In this document: in pieces, positions 21,389 through 30,001 of the stretch
How the letters are laid out: each line of letters opens with the position of its first letter
Numbering within the stretch: the stretch's first letter is position 1
Source of the DNA: Myxococcota bacterium
GTDB taxonomy: Bacteria > Myxococcota_A > UBA796 > CAJQPC01
Direction: 5' to 3'
DNA length: 64,000 nucleotides
NCBI GenBank assembly: GCA_036012755.1
Contig: DASCPX010000129.1
Span: 192,001-256,000 of the forward strand
Made by a program: the position numbers and the translations under genes
The notes under the pieces: generated by a model
What the model saw: the letters and a program-made list of their open reading frames with translations, nothing else
The model's database searches: none
What the model was told of the DNA's origin: nothing

Positions 21389-21849
21389 CCGAAGAGGGCG
21401 GGCACCGCGGCGGCGACGCCGAGGATCAGCAGGAAGTACACGGCGAGCACTCCGTGGACCTTCATCCAGGGCCGCTCCTGCTCCATGAGCCCGCCGAGGC
21501 TGAGCACGAGGTCCTCGCGCACGGGCCGCTCGCGGGTGGCCAGGGACACTGCGACGCCGACCACGAGCGAGACGACGAGGCCGATCGCGTTCCACCACAT
21601 CCAGTGCATCTCGGGGACGGCGAGCCAGAAGACGATGTTCAACCCGACACCAGCGACACAGCCGGTGATGATGCCCGGCCCGGTCGCTCGCTTCCAGACG
21701 AGGCCCGCCGCGAAGCCGATGCACGTGATCAGGCCGCCGATGAGCACCGCCATCTGGATGACGTCCGACTGACCTCGGCCCAGCCAAGCCGACAGCGCGA
21801 CCATGCCGACGAGGTAGGCGACGATGAGGGCCCAGTCGAGAGCGTTCAC
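21385..21849 (-). pseudogene. Sodium:solute symporter with large internal deletions
   Basis: The N-terminal LDWALIVAYL..LGRGQ is joined directly to SDVIQ and then to the late WKRAT segment. It is only 154 aa against roughly 500 for the family. Confidence 0.7.
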
Positions 21850-21856
21850 TCAGGGC

Positions 21857-23515
21857 TCAGGGCGAGAGTTCCAGGTCTTCGACCGAGGTGTCCTCGCGCG
21901 GGACGGAGATGACCTCGGCCGTGAAGCGCGACGATCTCACCACAGTGAGGATCCCGTAGGTCGCGATCATCCAGTCCCCCATGTCCTGGAAGCGTGTCTC
22001 GTCCCCCATGCCGAGCGGGCCGTCCCGCACGACGACATAGGGGATGGCCCCCGCCCCGGCGCAGCTGTCGCGGATGATCTCGACGCACTGGCTGAAGTGG
22101 AGCTCGGTCTCCCCGAAGGGGCAGTTGTCCTTCGGACAGAACTCCCGGCCCGCGTATGCGACGGCCTCGCGGATCGGCACGGCGGCTCCGCCCCCTCCCG
22201 GGAAGTGCTCGGACAGCACCATGCCGAGGTGGCGCGCCGCCAGGGCGTACTGATCGGTCGGGCGTGGCTGAGCGCGGAGGTAGGTCGCCGAGTCCCACGC
22301 CAGCGTGCCGATCCAGGCTGCCAGCGGGAGCGCCAGGACCCCCCTGGGGAACCACGCCCACCGCTCGCGCAAGCCCAGCTCCAGCAGGCCCGGCAGCGAG
22401 CACAGACCTCGGCCGATGAGCACCGCGACGAAGGCCAGGAGGTTCGCGGAGTACCGGGGCTCGGCGCCTGCAGCATGGAGCACCGGGAGGGGGGCCAGGC
22501 AACACAGCAGCGCCAGTCCGTAGCCGGCGTCCTGCCAGCGGAGATAGCGCCAGCGCCCGGCTCCCTTGGCTACCCCCAGTCCCAGGCCGAGTACCCCGAG
22601 CCAGGGAAGCGCCAGCAACAGGGTCCAGGACAGGCGAGGAAACCAGTACTTCTGGAGCCCCGCGCGGAGCGACGCCGTGGCGGCCTCGGCCCAGTCTGTC
22701 TCGAGCTTCGACGCGGCCTCCGTCGAGAGCTCCGGTCGGCGGTTCCCGATGTCGCCGTGTTGTGGGTCGATGCCCTCGCTGACGACCCGCTGGATGTCGT
22801 CGAGGTCCACCAGCCCGAAGACCTTGGCCATGAGCCAGAGGATCAGCCCGACTCCCACCGCGTAGAGCCCGAGCGCGGCCAGGCGATGCCACCAGGCCCG
22901 AGTCGGACCGCGCACGGCGATGACCAGTGCCGCCGGCAGTATGTAGGGCAGGGCCGTGATGTGTGACGAGGCGGCCAGCCCGGCCACGACCCCGGACAAC
23001 GGAGCCAGGAACCACCAGCGCCGCAGCGGCAGGGCGCAGAGCACCGACAGGGGCAACACGAAGGCCACGAGCGGGTCACAGCCGTAGCGGCGGCTCGCTT
23101 CTATCAGCGGGGTGCAGCCCAGGATGACGAGCCCGGAGGCCAGGCCCGCCGCCGGCCCGCCGTCCGCGCGGCCGAGCCCGTAGGCCACCAGCGGGAGCCC
23201 GAGGAAGGTGAGGTGGTTCACGAGGTGGCCCGCCATCGCGATGTCCGGCGTGACCTGCAGCGCCAGCGCGGTCGCGATCAACCACAGCGGCGGACGGTGG
23301 ACGTCGACGGCGTCGAAGTCCCCCCAGCTCACGCGCAGCGTGTTGATCGCCCACTCGCCGGCGTCCGGTCCCTCCATCAACACGTCGGCCGACCTCGCCC
23401 AGAAGGGGAGTGACCCCTCTCCTGTGTAAGCCAGCATCACGACGAGCCCGAGCGCGAACAGGACAGCGACCGCTGCCACGTCGAGGGTCAGCGGGAGGTG
23501 CTTCTTCCAGCTCAC
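21857..23515 (-). CDS. Polytopic membrane protein, GT-C (ArnT/PMT-like) glycosyltransferase-like
   Basis: D..EW loop, HRPPLW, many TM segments, EPRY motif and a C-terminal periplasmic domain. Confidence 0.6.
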   Translation of the reverse strand: MSWKKHLPLTLDVAAVAVLFALGLVVMLAYTGEGSLPFWARSADVLMEGPDAGEWAINTLRVSWGDFDAVDVHRPPLWLIATALALQVTPDIAMAGHLVNHLTFLGLPLVAYGLGRADGGPAAGLASGLVILGCTPLIEASRRYGCDPLVAFVLPLSVLCALPLRRWWFLAPLSGVVAGLAASSHITALPYILPAALVIAVRGPTRAWWHRLAALGLYAVGVGLILWLMAKVFGLVDLDDIQRVVSEGIDPQHGDIGNRRPELSTEAASKLETDWAEAATASLRAGLQKYWFPRLSWTLLLALPWLGVLGLGLGVAKGAGRWRYLRWQDAGYGLALLCCLAPLPVLHAAGAEPRYSANLLAFVAVLIGRGLCSLPGLLELGLRERWAWFPRGVLALPLAAWIGTLAWDSATYLRAQPRPTDQYALAARHLGMVLSEHFPGGGGAAVPIREAVAYAGREFCPKDNCPFGETELHFSQCVEIIRDSCAGAGAIPYVVVRDGPLGMGDETRFQDMGDWMIATYGILTVVRSSRFTAEVISVPREDTSVEDLELSP

Positions 23516-23570
23516 GGAGGCGAGAGTTTACTCCGCAACTCCGGTATAGTCGCTGTCCGAAGGGCCCATC

Positions 23571-25400
23571 ATGAGCGACCAGCAGGATCCTGCCCTCGAA
23601 GAAGAGGAAGAAGAGACCAATCTCGTCAGCCACGAGGACTACATCCTCAGGGCGGAACGCAGCGTTGGTACCTCCAAGGCGGGCAAGGCGGCGAACGGTG
23701 CGGTCCTGGCGCTGGCGCGGGCCGCGCGGAGCTTCCTGCTCTACGACGCCAGGAACGCCGCCATTCGCGCCTTCCTCGACGACTTCCAGAAGCGCATGGA
23801 CCATTTCTTCGCCCACCACGGCGAGATGTCCCTTCAGATCCGCCCTTTCGAGATGGTGCTCGAAGGAGGCGAGGTCATCTACGTCGAGCGTGACCGCACC
23901 CGCAGCCTTGCCTTCCGGCTCTTCCGCGACGGTGTCCGCAACCTCGTCATCGAGGCGACGGTCAACTGGGACGAGCTGCTTCGCCTGCTGGAGATCCTGT
24001 CCATTCGCTACACGGGGATCCGCTCCCAGGAGGACGACATCGTCACGCTCCTGTGGAAGGCCGCGTTCCAGAACATCCGGATCCAGGCGGTCGAGGGCGT
24101 CATGCTCGACGAGGAGGAAGAGCGCGTGGCCGAGGGGGGCTACGGCGGCTACGGCGGCGCCTACGCTGGCGACGGAGACGCGGAGGCCCAGGACGGTGAG
24201 TACACGGGCCCTGCTCGCCGGATCAGCGCCCAGTTCGACGCCCCCCGCGACAGGGACCGACCGCTCCCCCGACTCGGGGAGTCCAGGGAGCTGCGGTATG
24301 CGCCGCTGACCCGCGGCCAGGTCGACATGCTCAGGGCGGAGCTCGACACGCAGGACCTCGCATTCGCCAGCCTCACGCTGGTCGAGCGCCTGCTGCACCT
24401 CGTCAACGACCCCGTCGACCCGATGGTGTTCGAGGACGTCCGCCACTTCGTCATCGAGCTCCGAGTCTTCCTCATGGCCGAGGAGCAGCTCGGCTCGCTC
24501 GTGACGCTCATCGACCTCGTCGCCTCCGTCGAGGACGCAGACCCGGACGCCATCCGACCGATCCTCGCCGGCTTCGTCGACGCCCACGCCATCCGCCGCA
24601 TCCTGAAGTCGATCCAGCACACGCACTCCCAGCCGCCCGACGAGCTCCTCCACCTCCTGGACCTCGTCGAGGGCAACCACCTCGACACCTTCATCGAGCT
24701 CGTCGAGGTCGAACGCGGCGCGGCCCCTCGGCGCATCGCTCGCCAGCTGGTCGAGCGCTACATCCCCGGGAACGAGGACTACGCCATCCAGCGCATGCTC
24801 GCAGCCAGCGACCCGGGCGTCATGCGCGACCTGCTGCGCGCCTGCGCCCACGCGGTGCCGGAGCGAACCCTGGAAGCGGCAGAGGCCCTCGCCGCCACCG
24901 GCGAGCCGGACGTGCTCCGCGAGCTCCTCTATTTCCTGCAGCACATCCCCTCGAGCCACGACGCCTCCGCCGCGCTGTTGAACCTGCTGAACTGCGGCGT
25001 CAGCGAGGTCCGCACCGCCGCCATCGACGAGCTCGGTCAGCGCGAGCACACCCAGGTGCGCCCGCTCATCACCCACCTGACCGAGCACAGGCCGCTACCG
25101 AACGAGGAAGCGGAGGCCTTGGGCCTGGCCATCGCCCGCCTCGATCCGCGCCTCGCCCAGGTCCGCTTCCGCGAGTGGATCCGTCCGGGCGGCTTCTTCG
25201 CCCGCTTCTTCGCCGGCTCGGGTGACGTGACGCTCCAGTTCGCTGCCGCCGCGGGGCTCGAGCTCCTCGACGAAGAGGGGGACGACGCCCTGCTCGAGTG
25301 GCTTGGCAAGCGAGCTGGAGACGATCTCTACCGTCGCTGCAAGGCGAGCATCGTTCGTCGCAGGCAGCGGCGCCGCGGAGGGGCCGCAGCCCATGTCTGA
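23571..25400 (+). CDS. HEAT-repeat protein (partner of the HD-domain protein)
   Basis: The N-terminal region (LYDARNAAI, SLAFRLFRDGVR) is typical of HEAT/HD pairs, followed by an acidic linker and C-terminal HEAT-like repeats. Confidence 0.7.
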   Translation: MSDQQDPALEEEEEETNLVSHEDYILRAERSVGTSKAGKAANGAVLALARAARSFLLYDARNAAIRAFLDDFQKRMDHFFAHHGEMSLQIRPFEMVLEGGEVIYVERDRTRSLAFRLFRDGVRNLVIEATVNWDELLRLLEILSIRYTGIRSQEDDIVTLLWKAAFQNIRIQAVEGVMLDEEEERVAEGGYGGYGGAYAGDGDAEAQDGEYTGPARRISAQFDAPRDRDRPLPRLGESRELRYAPLTRGQVDMLRAELDTQDLAFASLTLVERLLHLVNDPVDPMVFEDVRHFVIELRVFLMAEEQLGSLVTLIDLVASVEDADPDAIRPILAGFVDAHAIRRILKSIQHTHSQPPDELLHLLDLVEGNHLDTFIELVEVERGAAPRRIARQLVERYIPGNEDYAIQRMLAASDPGVMRDLLRACAHAVPERTLEAAEALAATGEPDVLRELLYFLQHIPSSHDASAALLNLLNCGVSEVRTAAIDELGQREHTQVRPLITHLTEHRPLPNEEAEALGLAIARLDPRLAQVRFREWIRPGGFFARFFAGSGDVTLQFAAAAGLELLDEEGDDALLEWLGKRAGDDLYRRCKASIVRRRQRRRGGAAAHV

Positions 25401-26769
25401 CGACCAGATCGCCAAGGCGCAGGAGCGCCTCGGCAAGACGATGCACAAGGCCCGGGCCGGAGAAGACCGCGAGATCGCGCGTTGGATCCGGGAGGACGGA
25501 CTGCGCTTCGCCCAGGTGCTGACGGGCCTGCTCCGCCTCATCCGCATCCACGACCTGAAGAACGCCGCCTTCGACACCCCGGTCAAGCAGTTCATCGGCG
25601 CCAATCGCATGATCTACGAGCGCCTCGGGGCCATCCACCTCGTCGCGGTCGAGGACCAGGTCTACATCAACGACATCCGCCTCCGCTTCGAGGATCGTGG
25701 CGAGGGCCCCTCGCTCGCCCAGCTCATGCGTGTCCACGCGGTCGGCGGCATCTCCTGCCACTCCGTGCTGACCGACGCAGAGGTCCGGGAGTTCGTCTGG
25801 TGCTTCGCTCAGAAGCCCGCAGAGGACTTCCCACGCCAGGCGATGAGCAAGCTCCTGGAAGAGAGGGGGCTCAGCACGGTGCAGGTCTTCGGTGTCTTCC
25901 GCTTCAGGTTGGCCGGAGAGGACCACCAGGTCCGCCAGGTGTCTGGCGAAGTCATCCTGGAGCGCACGCGGGGCGCCGTTGCAGAGGCCTGGAACAACAT
26001 GGGCCACGGGCGGCTCCCCAACCCCCTGCCCTTGCGCCGCGCCGTCACCGAGATCCTAGAGCGCGGTGTCGCGGGCGAGGACCTCTGGGAGGAGGCCAAG
26101 ACCGCGGACCGTCATGGCGCCCACAGCACCCGTGTCTCCCGCCTGGCGCTGCTCATCGGCACGGGGCTCGGCCTCTCCGAGGCTCAGCTGCAGGACCTTG
26201 GAGTCGCGGCGATCTTCCACGACATCGGCTACGCCGCGCGAGAGGGCGTCGACGAGGCCAACAACGAGCCGGGCTATGCACCGCCCTTCGAGCGCCACGG
26301 CTCGGCGGGGGCTCGCCTCCTGCTGAGGCAACGAGGCTTCCACGAGGCCCGGATCCACCGCCTCCTCGCGGTCCTGGAGCACCACGAGGACTACGACAGT
26401 CGGGCAGGAAAGCCCTCGCTGTTCGGCCGTATCCTCCGCGTCGCAGAAGACTACGACAACCTCACCTACAGCGAGGAGTGCCGCTACTGTCCAGCCATGG
26501 CGCTGGCGTACATGGCGGGCAAGTCCGGGCGTGACTACGACCCCTTGCTGCTCCAGATGCTCATCAACGCGGTGGGCTGCTACCCGCCGGGCACGCTGTT
26601 GCGACTCGCCGATGGACGCGAGGTTCGCAGCGACAGCCTCGTGCGAAGCCCCGCCAGCTTCAACAAGCCTCTGTGCGTCGTGACCCGACTGGCCTCCGGA
26701 CAGGAGGCCGCCGGACGCCTCGAGGTCGACCTCGCCAACGAGGGCGAAGTCCTCCACGTCGTCGTCTGA
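25393..26769 (+). CDS. HD-GYP-like phosphohydrolase
   Basis: HSTRV, FHDIG, EHHE, RILRVAEDYD and YPPGT motifs. The GYP loop is degenerate. Confidence 0.8.
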   Translation: MSDDQIAKAQERLGKTMHKARAGEDREIARWIREDGLRFAQVLTGLLRLIRIHDLKNAAFDTPVKQFIGANRMIYERLGAIHLVAVEDQVYINDIRLRFEDRGEGPSLAQLMRVHAVGGISCHSVLTDAEVREFVWCFAQKPAEDFPRQAMSKLLEERGLSTVQVFGVFRFRLAGEDHQVRQVSGEVILERTRGAVAEAWNNMGHGRLPNPLPLRRAVTEILERGVAGEDLWEEAKTADRHGAHSTRVSRLALLIGTGLGLSEAQLQDLGVAAIFHDIGYAAREGVDEANNEPGYAPPFERHGSAGARLLLRQRGFHEARIHRLLAVLEHHEDYDSRAGKPSLFGRILRVAEDYDNLTYSEECRYCPAMALAYMAGKSGRDYDPLLLQMLINAVGCYPPGTLLRLADGREVRSDSLVRSPASFNKPLCVVTRLASGQEAAGRLEVDLANEGEVLHVVV

Positions 26770-26779
26770 GGTCCGCTCC

Positions 26780-27046
26780 TCAGAAGCCCGGGTCGCAGTC
26801 GTCGCAGCGGCTGCCGCAGGAGTCGTCGTAGAGCTGGTCGCTCACCTGGAGTCCGCCGCCTGCGCAGTTGTCCTCTGCCAACACGCGGCACTCGTTGTCG
26901 CTGGCAGCCACGACCCAGCCACTGGTCTCCCCGTCGTCGCAGGCGTAGTAGCAGCAGCCGCTCGCGCCGGAATCGCCGCTGTCGAGCGGGGGAACGGGGC
27001 AGGCCGCAAGCCCCAGGAGCGCAGTTGTCGCAAGGCAGATCCGCAT
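26780..27046 (-). CDS. Small Cys-rich lipoprotein
   Basis: GGAGGA RBS and LAAC lipobox, followed by 8 further Cys (GCCYYAC...C...C...C.. .CDDC). Confidence 0.7.
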   Translation of the reverse strand: MRICLATTALLGLAACPVPPLDSGDSGASGCCYYACDDGETSGWVVAASDNECRVLAEDNCAGGGLQVSDQLYDDSCGSRCDDCDPGF

Positions 27047-27072
27047 CGAGTCCTCCAACCACAGCTATAGCT

Positions 27073-27102
27073 TTGACGGCTGCGCCCCGCAGCGGGTAGC
27101 GT
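27073..27102 (+). promoter_or_regulatory. Possible sigma70-type promoter of the CCCC-YYY operon
   Basis: TTGACG-N18-TAGCGT upstream of a GAGGAG RBS and ATG 27129. Confidence 0.3.
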
Positions 27103-27128
27103 CCGGCGGGAAGCAGAGGAGTACCCCG

Positions 27129-27431
27129 ATGCGGTGGATTGCAGTGCTGTGGACGCTGTGCTTTCTCGCGTTGGGAACACCCGCCTTCGCCTCCGTGTCC
27201 GGGACGCCTTCGAGCGTGCTGTACACCCCGCTGGTCGTGGAGGCTCCGCTGGTCTCCGAGGACGAGTTGCCTGACGACACGCCGATCCCTGGCGAGCGGG
27301 ACCCGGTGACGCGTCAGGACAACATGAACAAGGCCATCATCATCGCGATCATCATCGCGGAGTTCGCGCTGGTGGCCAGCTTCGGCGCTCTCATCTGCTG
27401 CTGCTGTCTCTACATGGGCTATTACTACTGA
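27129..27431 (+). CDS. Small type I membrane protein with TM-CCCC-YYY tail, paralog 1
   Basis: Signal peptide (PAFA|S), LVVEAPLVSEDELP, TM helix, then ICCCCLYMGYYY*. Confidence 0.85.
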   Translation: MRWIAVLWTLCFLALGTPAFASVSGTPSSVLYTPLVVEAPLVSEDELPDDTPIPGERDPVTRQDNMNKAIIIAIIIAEFALVASFGALICCCCLYMGYYY

Positions 27432-27757
27432 TGATCTACGCAATTCGCGCTGTCGCTCTCGCTCTCGCGTTCCTTGCTCTCGTGCCGGTGACCGCGTCGG
27501 CGAGCATCGCCGCTACAGAGGTCGCCGCAACAGGGGTCGCCAGCGTCGAGGCCACGCTGGTCGTGGACGCCCCCATGCTCGAGGACGGAGAGGTCCCGGG
27601 CGAGGAAGAGCCCCTCCCGGGCGAGGAAGGCAGCTCCTGGTTCAAGGACCACAAGGTCCTCGTCATCGTCCTGGGGATCTCGGCCGGCGTCCTGCTCATC
27701 GGCACGACGCTGCTCTGCTGTTGCTGCCTTGGCGGCGGCACGTCGTACTACTACTGA
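27431..27757 (+). CDS. Small type I membrane protein with TM-CCCC-YYY tail, paralog 2
   Basis: TGATG coupling, TASA|S, LVVDAPMLEDGEVPGEEEPLPG, TM helix, then LCCCCLGGGTSYYY*. Confidence 0.85.
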   Translation: MIYAIRAVALALAFLALVPVTASASIAATEVAATGVASVEATLVVDAPMLEDGEVPGEEEPLPGEEGSSWFKDHKVLVIVLGISAGVLLIGTTLLCCCCLGGGTSYYY

Positions 27758-28053
27758 TGAGCCGCGCCCTCCGGCTGTTGGTCCTGGCGCTGGCCTGCCT
27801 GCTGCTGGTCCCCGCCACCGCCTCGGCCAGCTTCGACCGCGCAGAGGTCGTGAGCCAGGACGCTTCGCTGGTCGTCGAGGCGCCGGTGCTCGAAGACGAC
27901 GAGCTCCCGGGCGAGAACGAGCCCCTCCCCGACGGGGAGAGCTCGAACAAGACCCTGATCATCGTGCTCGTGCTCGTCGGAGCGGCGCTCGTGTTGGCGG
28001 CCGGGGCGGTCGTGATCTGCTGCTGTTGCTTCGGCAGCTACTACTACTACTGA
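27757..28053 (+). CDS. Small type I membrane protein with TM-CCCC-YYYY tail, paralog 3
   Basis: TGATG coupling, TASA|S, LVVEAPVLEDDELPGENEPLPD, TM helix, then ICCCCFGSYYYY*. Confidence 0.85.
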   Translation: MSRALRLLVLALACLLLVPATASASFDRAEVVSQDASLVVEAPVLEDDELPGENEPLPDGESSNKTLIIVLVLVGAALVLAAGAVVICCCCFGSYYYY

Positions 28054-28854
28054 GTGCTGCTGCTCGCGCTTCCGTTGGGCTGGCAATGGCTCGGCGAGGG
28101 TCAGCTGGAAGACCTCGTGCCGGGTCAGACGGGCGCCGCCGCGAGGTCCGCCGAGATGGCGCTGGTGACCAGGGAGGAGCCAGCCGCGCCCCACATCGCA
28201 GCCGTGGACCCGTTCACCGCTCAGCAGGTCCAGGACGTCGACGGCTTCATCAGCGGCGAGACGCTCCTGTCCCGGCAACGCCAGAAGGCTGGCGACACCG
28301 TGAAGACGCTCTACCAGGGGGCTTCTGACCACCCCAGCGTCTCACGCTGGGTCCACATCACGCCCAGCACCGGGCTGGTCTGGTGGCGGCTGGCCTGGCG
28401 GCAGGGCGACCAGCTGCAGCAGGTGATGGCCTGGGCACCTGCGGATGAGCTCGACGTCCTCGCGGCGGCGATGATGGAGCTCGAGGAGGGCACTGCCTGG
28501 AGCCCCAGTCCCCCGATGCTGCTGGTCGCCGCCGGCACCTGCGACGAGACCGCGACCGTCTCCCGCAACAGCATGATCGAGGCCAGCGCCCGGCACGAAG
28601 ACGCCCTGGCGGCCATCGCGCGGCGAGAGGGCGACATGCGCCTCCACCTCGCCGGGCGGGCGATCCTCAGCCGCTCCGCCGAGTCCTGCCTCACAGAGGT
28701 GGCCCCGAAGATGGGGGTCTGCCGCGTCTACGCGGGCGAGGCGATCACCGAGCGCGACCGGGACATCGAGGGCGAGGTGGCGCGCTGCATGGACAAGCGA
28801 GAGAAGCTCCCCGTGAAGCTCGCCGAGCGCCTCGACACGGTCGCCGCGTGGTGA
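28054..28854 (+). CDS. Hypothetical protein
   Basis: The GTG start directly follows the previous stop. 266 aa with host-like codon usage; I recognise no family. Confidence 0.65.
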   Translation: MLLLALPLGWQWLGEGQLEDLVPGQTGAAARSAEMALVTREEPAAPHIAAVDPFTAQQVQDVDGFISGETLLSRQRQKAGDTVKTLYQGASDHPSVSRWVHITPSTGLVWWRLAWRQGDQLQQVMAWAPADELDVLAAAMMELEEGTAWSPSPPMLLVAAGTCDETATVSRNSMIEASARHEDALAAIARREGDMRLHLAGRAILSRSAESCLTEVAPKMGVCRVYAGEAITERDRDIEGEVARCMDKREKLPVKLAERLDTVAAW

Positions 28855-29207
28855 TGTGGCTGCTGACCGGGCTCGCTTTCGCAGAGGTGCCCCAGTGCAC
28901 CGAGCTCTCCAGGCCCTACCCCTCTCGCCAGTCCGAGCGGGTCGGCACGGCCCGCAACGCGGCCTACCTGGCGCTTCGTGCCTGGCAGATCATCGTCGCC
29001 CCTGCAGACGGGGCGGGCTGCACGATGTACCCGAGCTGCTCTCGCTACGCGATGTTCGCCGTCGCTCAGGAGGGACCCGTTCGCGGGACCTTCATGGCCA
29101 CGGCTCGGGTCGTCCGGCACCACAAGGACCCCGGCTACCCGCGCTGCCGGGTCGGCGAGCGGGTCTATGTCTATGCACCGGTCGAGGCGGACAGCTGGTG
29201 GGACTGA
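28854..29207 (+). CDS. YidD-like (membrane protein insertion efficiency factor / haemolytic domain) protein
   Basis: WQIIVAP...CTMYPSCSRYA..AV...GPVRG....ARVVR signature, with an N-terminal leader MWLLTGLAFA. Confidence 0.75.
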   Translation: MWLLTGLAFAEVPQCTELSRPYPSRQSERVGTARNAAYLALRAWQIIVAPADGAGCTMYPSCSRYAMFAVAQEGPVRGTFMATARVVRHHKDPGYPRCRVGERVYVYAPVEADSWWD

Positions 29208-29950
29208 CCGCGCTGATCTGGGTCGGCGGGGCTTCCGCTGGCGAGCTCGACGAGCGCCTCGTGGACATGGGCATGGTCGAGCAGGCATACGCCGGCGCCC
29301 TCCTCGACGCCGCGGCGGCCCCGCCAGAGGAGCGTCTCGCCGCGGAGCTCCACGCAGGCAGCCTGTTGTGGGAGGCCGAGCGCTGGGACCTCGCGGCGAT
29401 CCACTTCCGCGCGGTCCCCGACGCGCGGCTGGCCTACGGCTACTCGCTCTACAAGGAGGGTCAGCACGGCGCGGCGCTGCTCGCCGTAGAGGGTCTGGAC
29501 GAGGGCCACGAGCTGGCGGGCTTCGCGGCCCTGCACCTCGACGACGTAGAAGGCGCCTTGCAGCACTGGCAGCTCGCAGGAGCCACCTCCGCGATGACCG
29601 AGGTCCAGGGGTGGGGTGAGCTCCCTCACCGTCGACCCGGTGTCGCGGCTGGTCTCAGCGCTGTGTTGCCCGGGGCTGGCCAGGCCTACGTCGGCCGCTG
29701 GGGCGAGGCGGGCAGCGCCTTGATCGTGAACACCATGCTCATCGGGAGCACGGCAGCTCTGTTGCGCCGAGAGGAGTACTTCGCCGGTGTCAGCGTCGGG
29801 CTGTTGGCCCTGTCCTTCTACGGCGGCAACATCATGAGCGCCCGCTGGGGCGCACACCGCTTCAACCGCCGGGCCCGGGAGGAGCGGCTGGAGGCCCTGG
29901 GCGGTCTCGAGCCCCGCTATCGCATCGAGGACGGCGAGCTCATCCGCTGA
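29198..29950 (+). CDS. TPR plus TM2-like membrane protein
   Basis: TPR-like helices, then PGVAAGLSAVLPGAGQAYVG and FYGGNIMSARWGAHRFN. Start probably GTG 29198. Confidence 0.7.
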   Translation: MGLTALIWVGGASAGELDERLVDMGMVEQAYAGALLDAAAAPPEERLAAELHAGSLLWEAERWDLAAIHFRAVPDARLAYGYSLYKEGQHGAALLAVEGLDEGHELAGFAALHLDDVEGALQHWQLAGATSAMTEVQGWGELPHRRPGVAAGLSAVLPGAGQAYVGRWGEAGSALIVNTMLIGSTAALLRREEYFAGVSVGLLALSFYGGNIMSARWGAHRFNRRAREERLEALGGLEPRYRIEDGELIR

Positions 29951-30001
29951 GGGGATCAGAGGCTCACTCCAGTCGCAAACGCCTCCACTTCACCGCCACC
30001 C

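Noticed and set aside
19388..21787. 799-aa ORF as a real fusion protein
   Set aside because: Only the central GH63 part is coding. The flanks are off-frame or antisense to other genes.
27129..29950. Calling the CCCC-YYY cluster a classical RiPP locus
   Set aside because: There is no recognisable modifying enzyme (YcaO, radical SAM, LanM, P450), peptidase or exporter adjacent. I kept it only as an open possibility.
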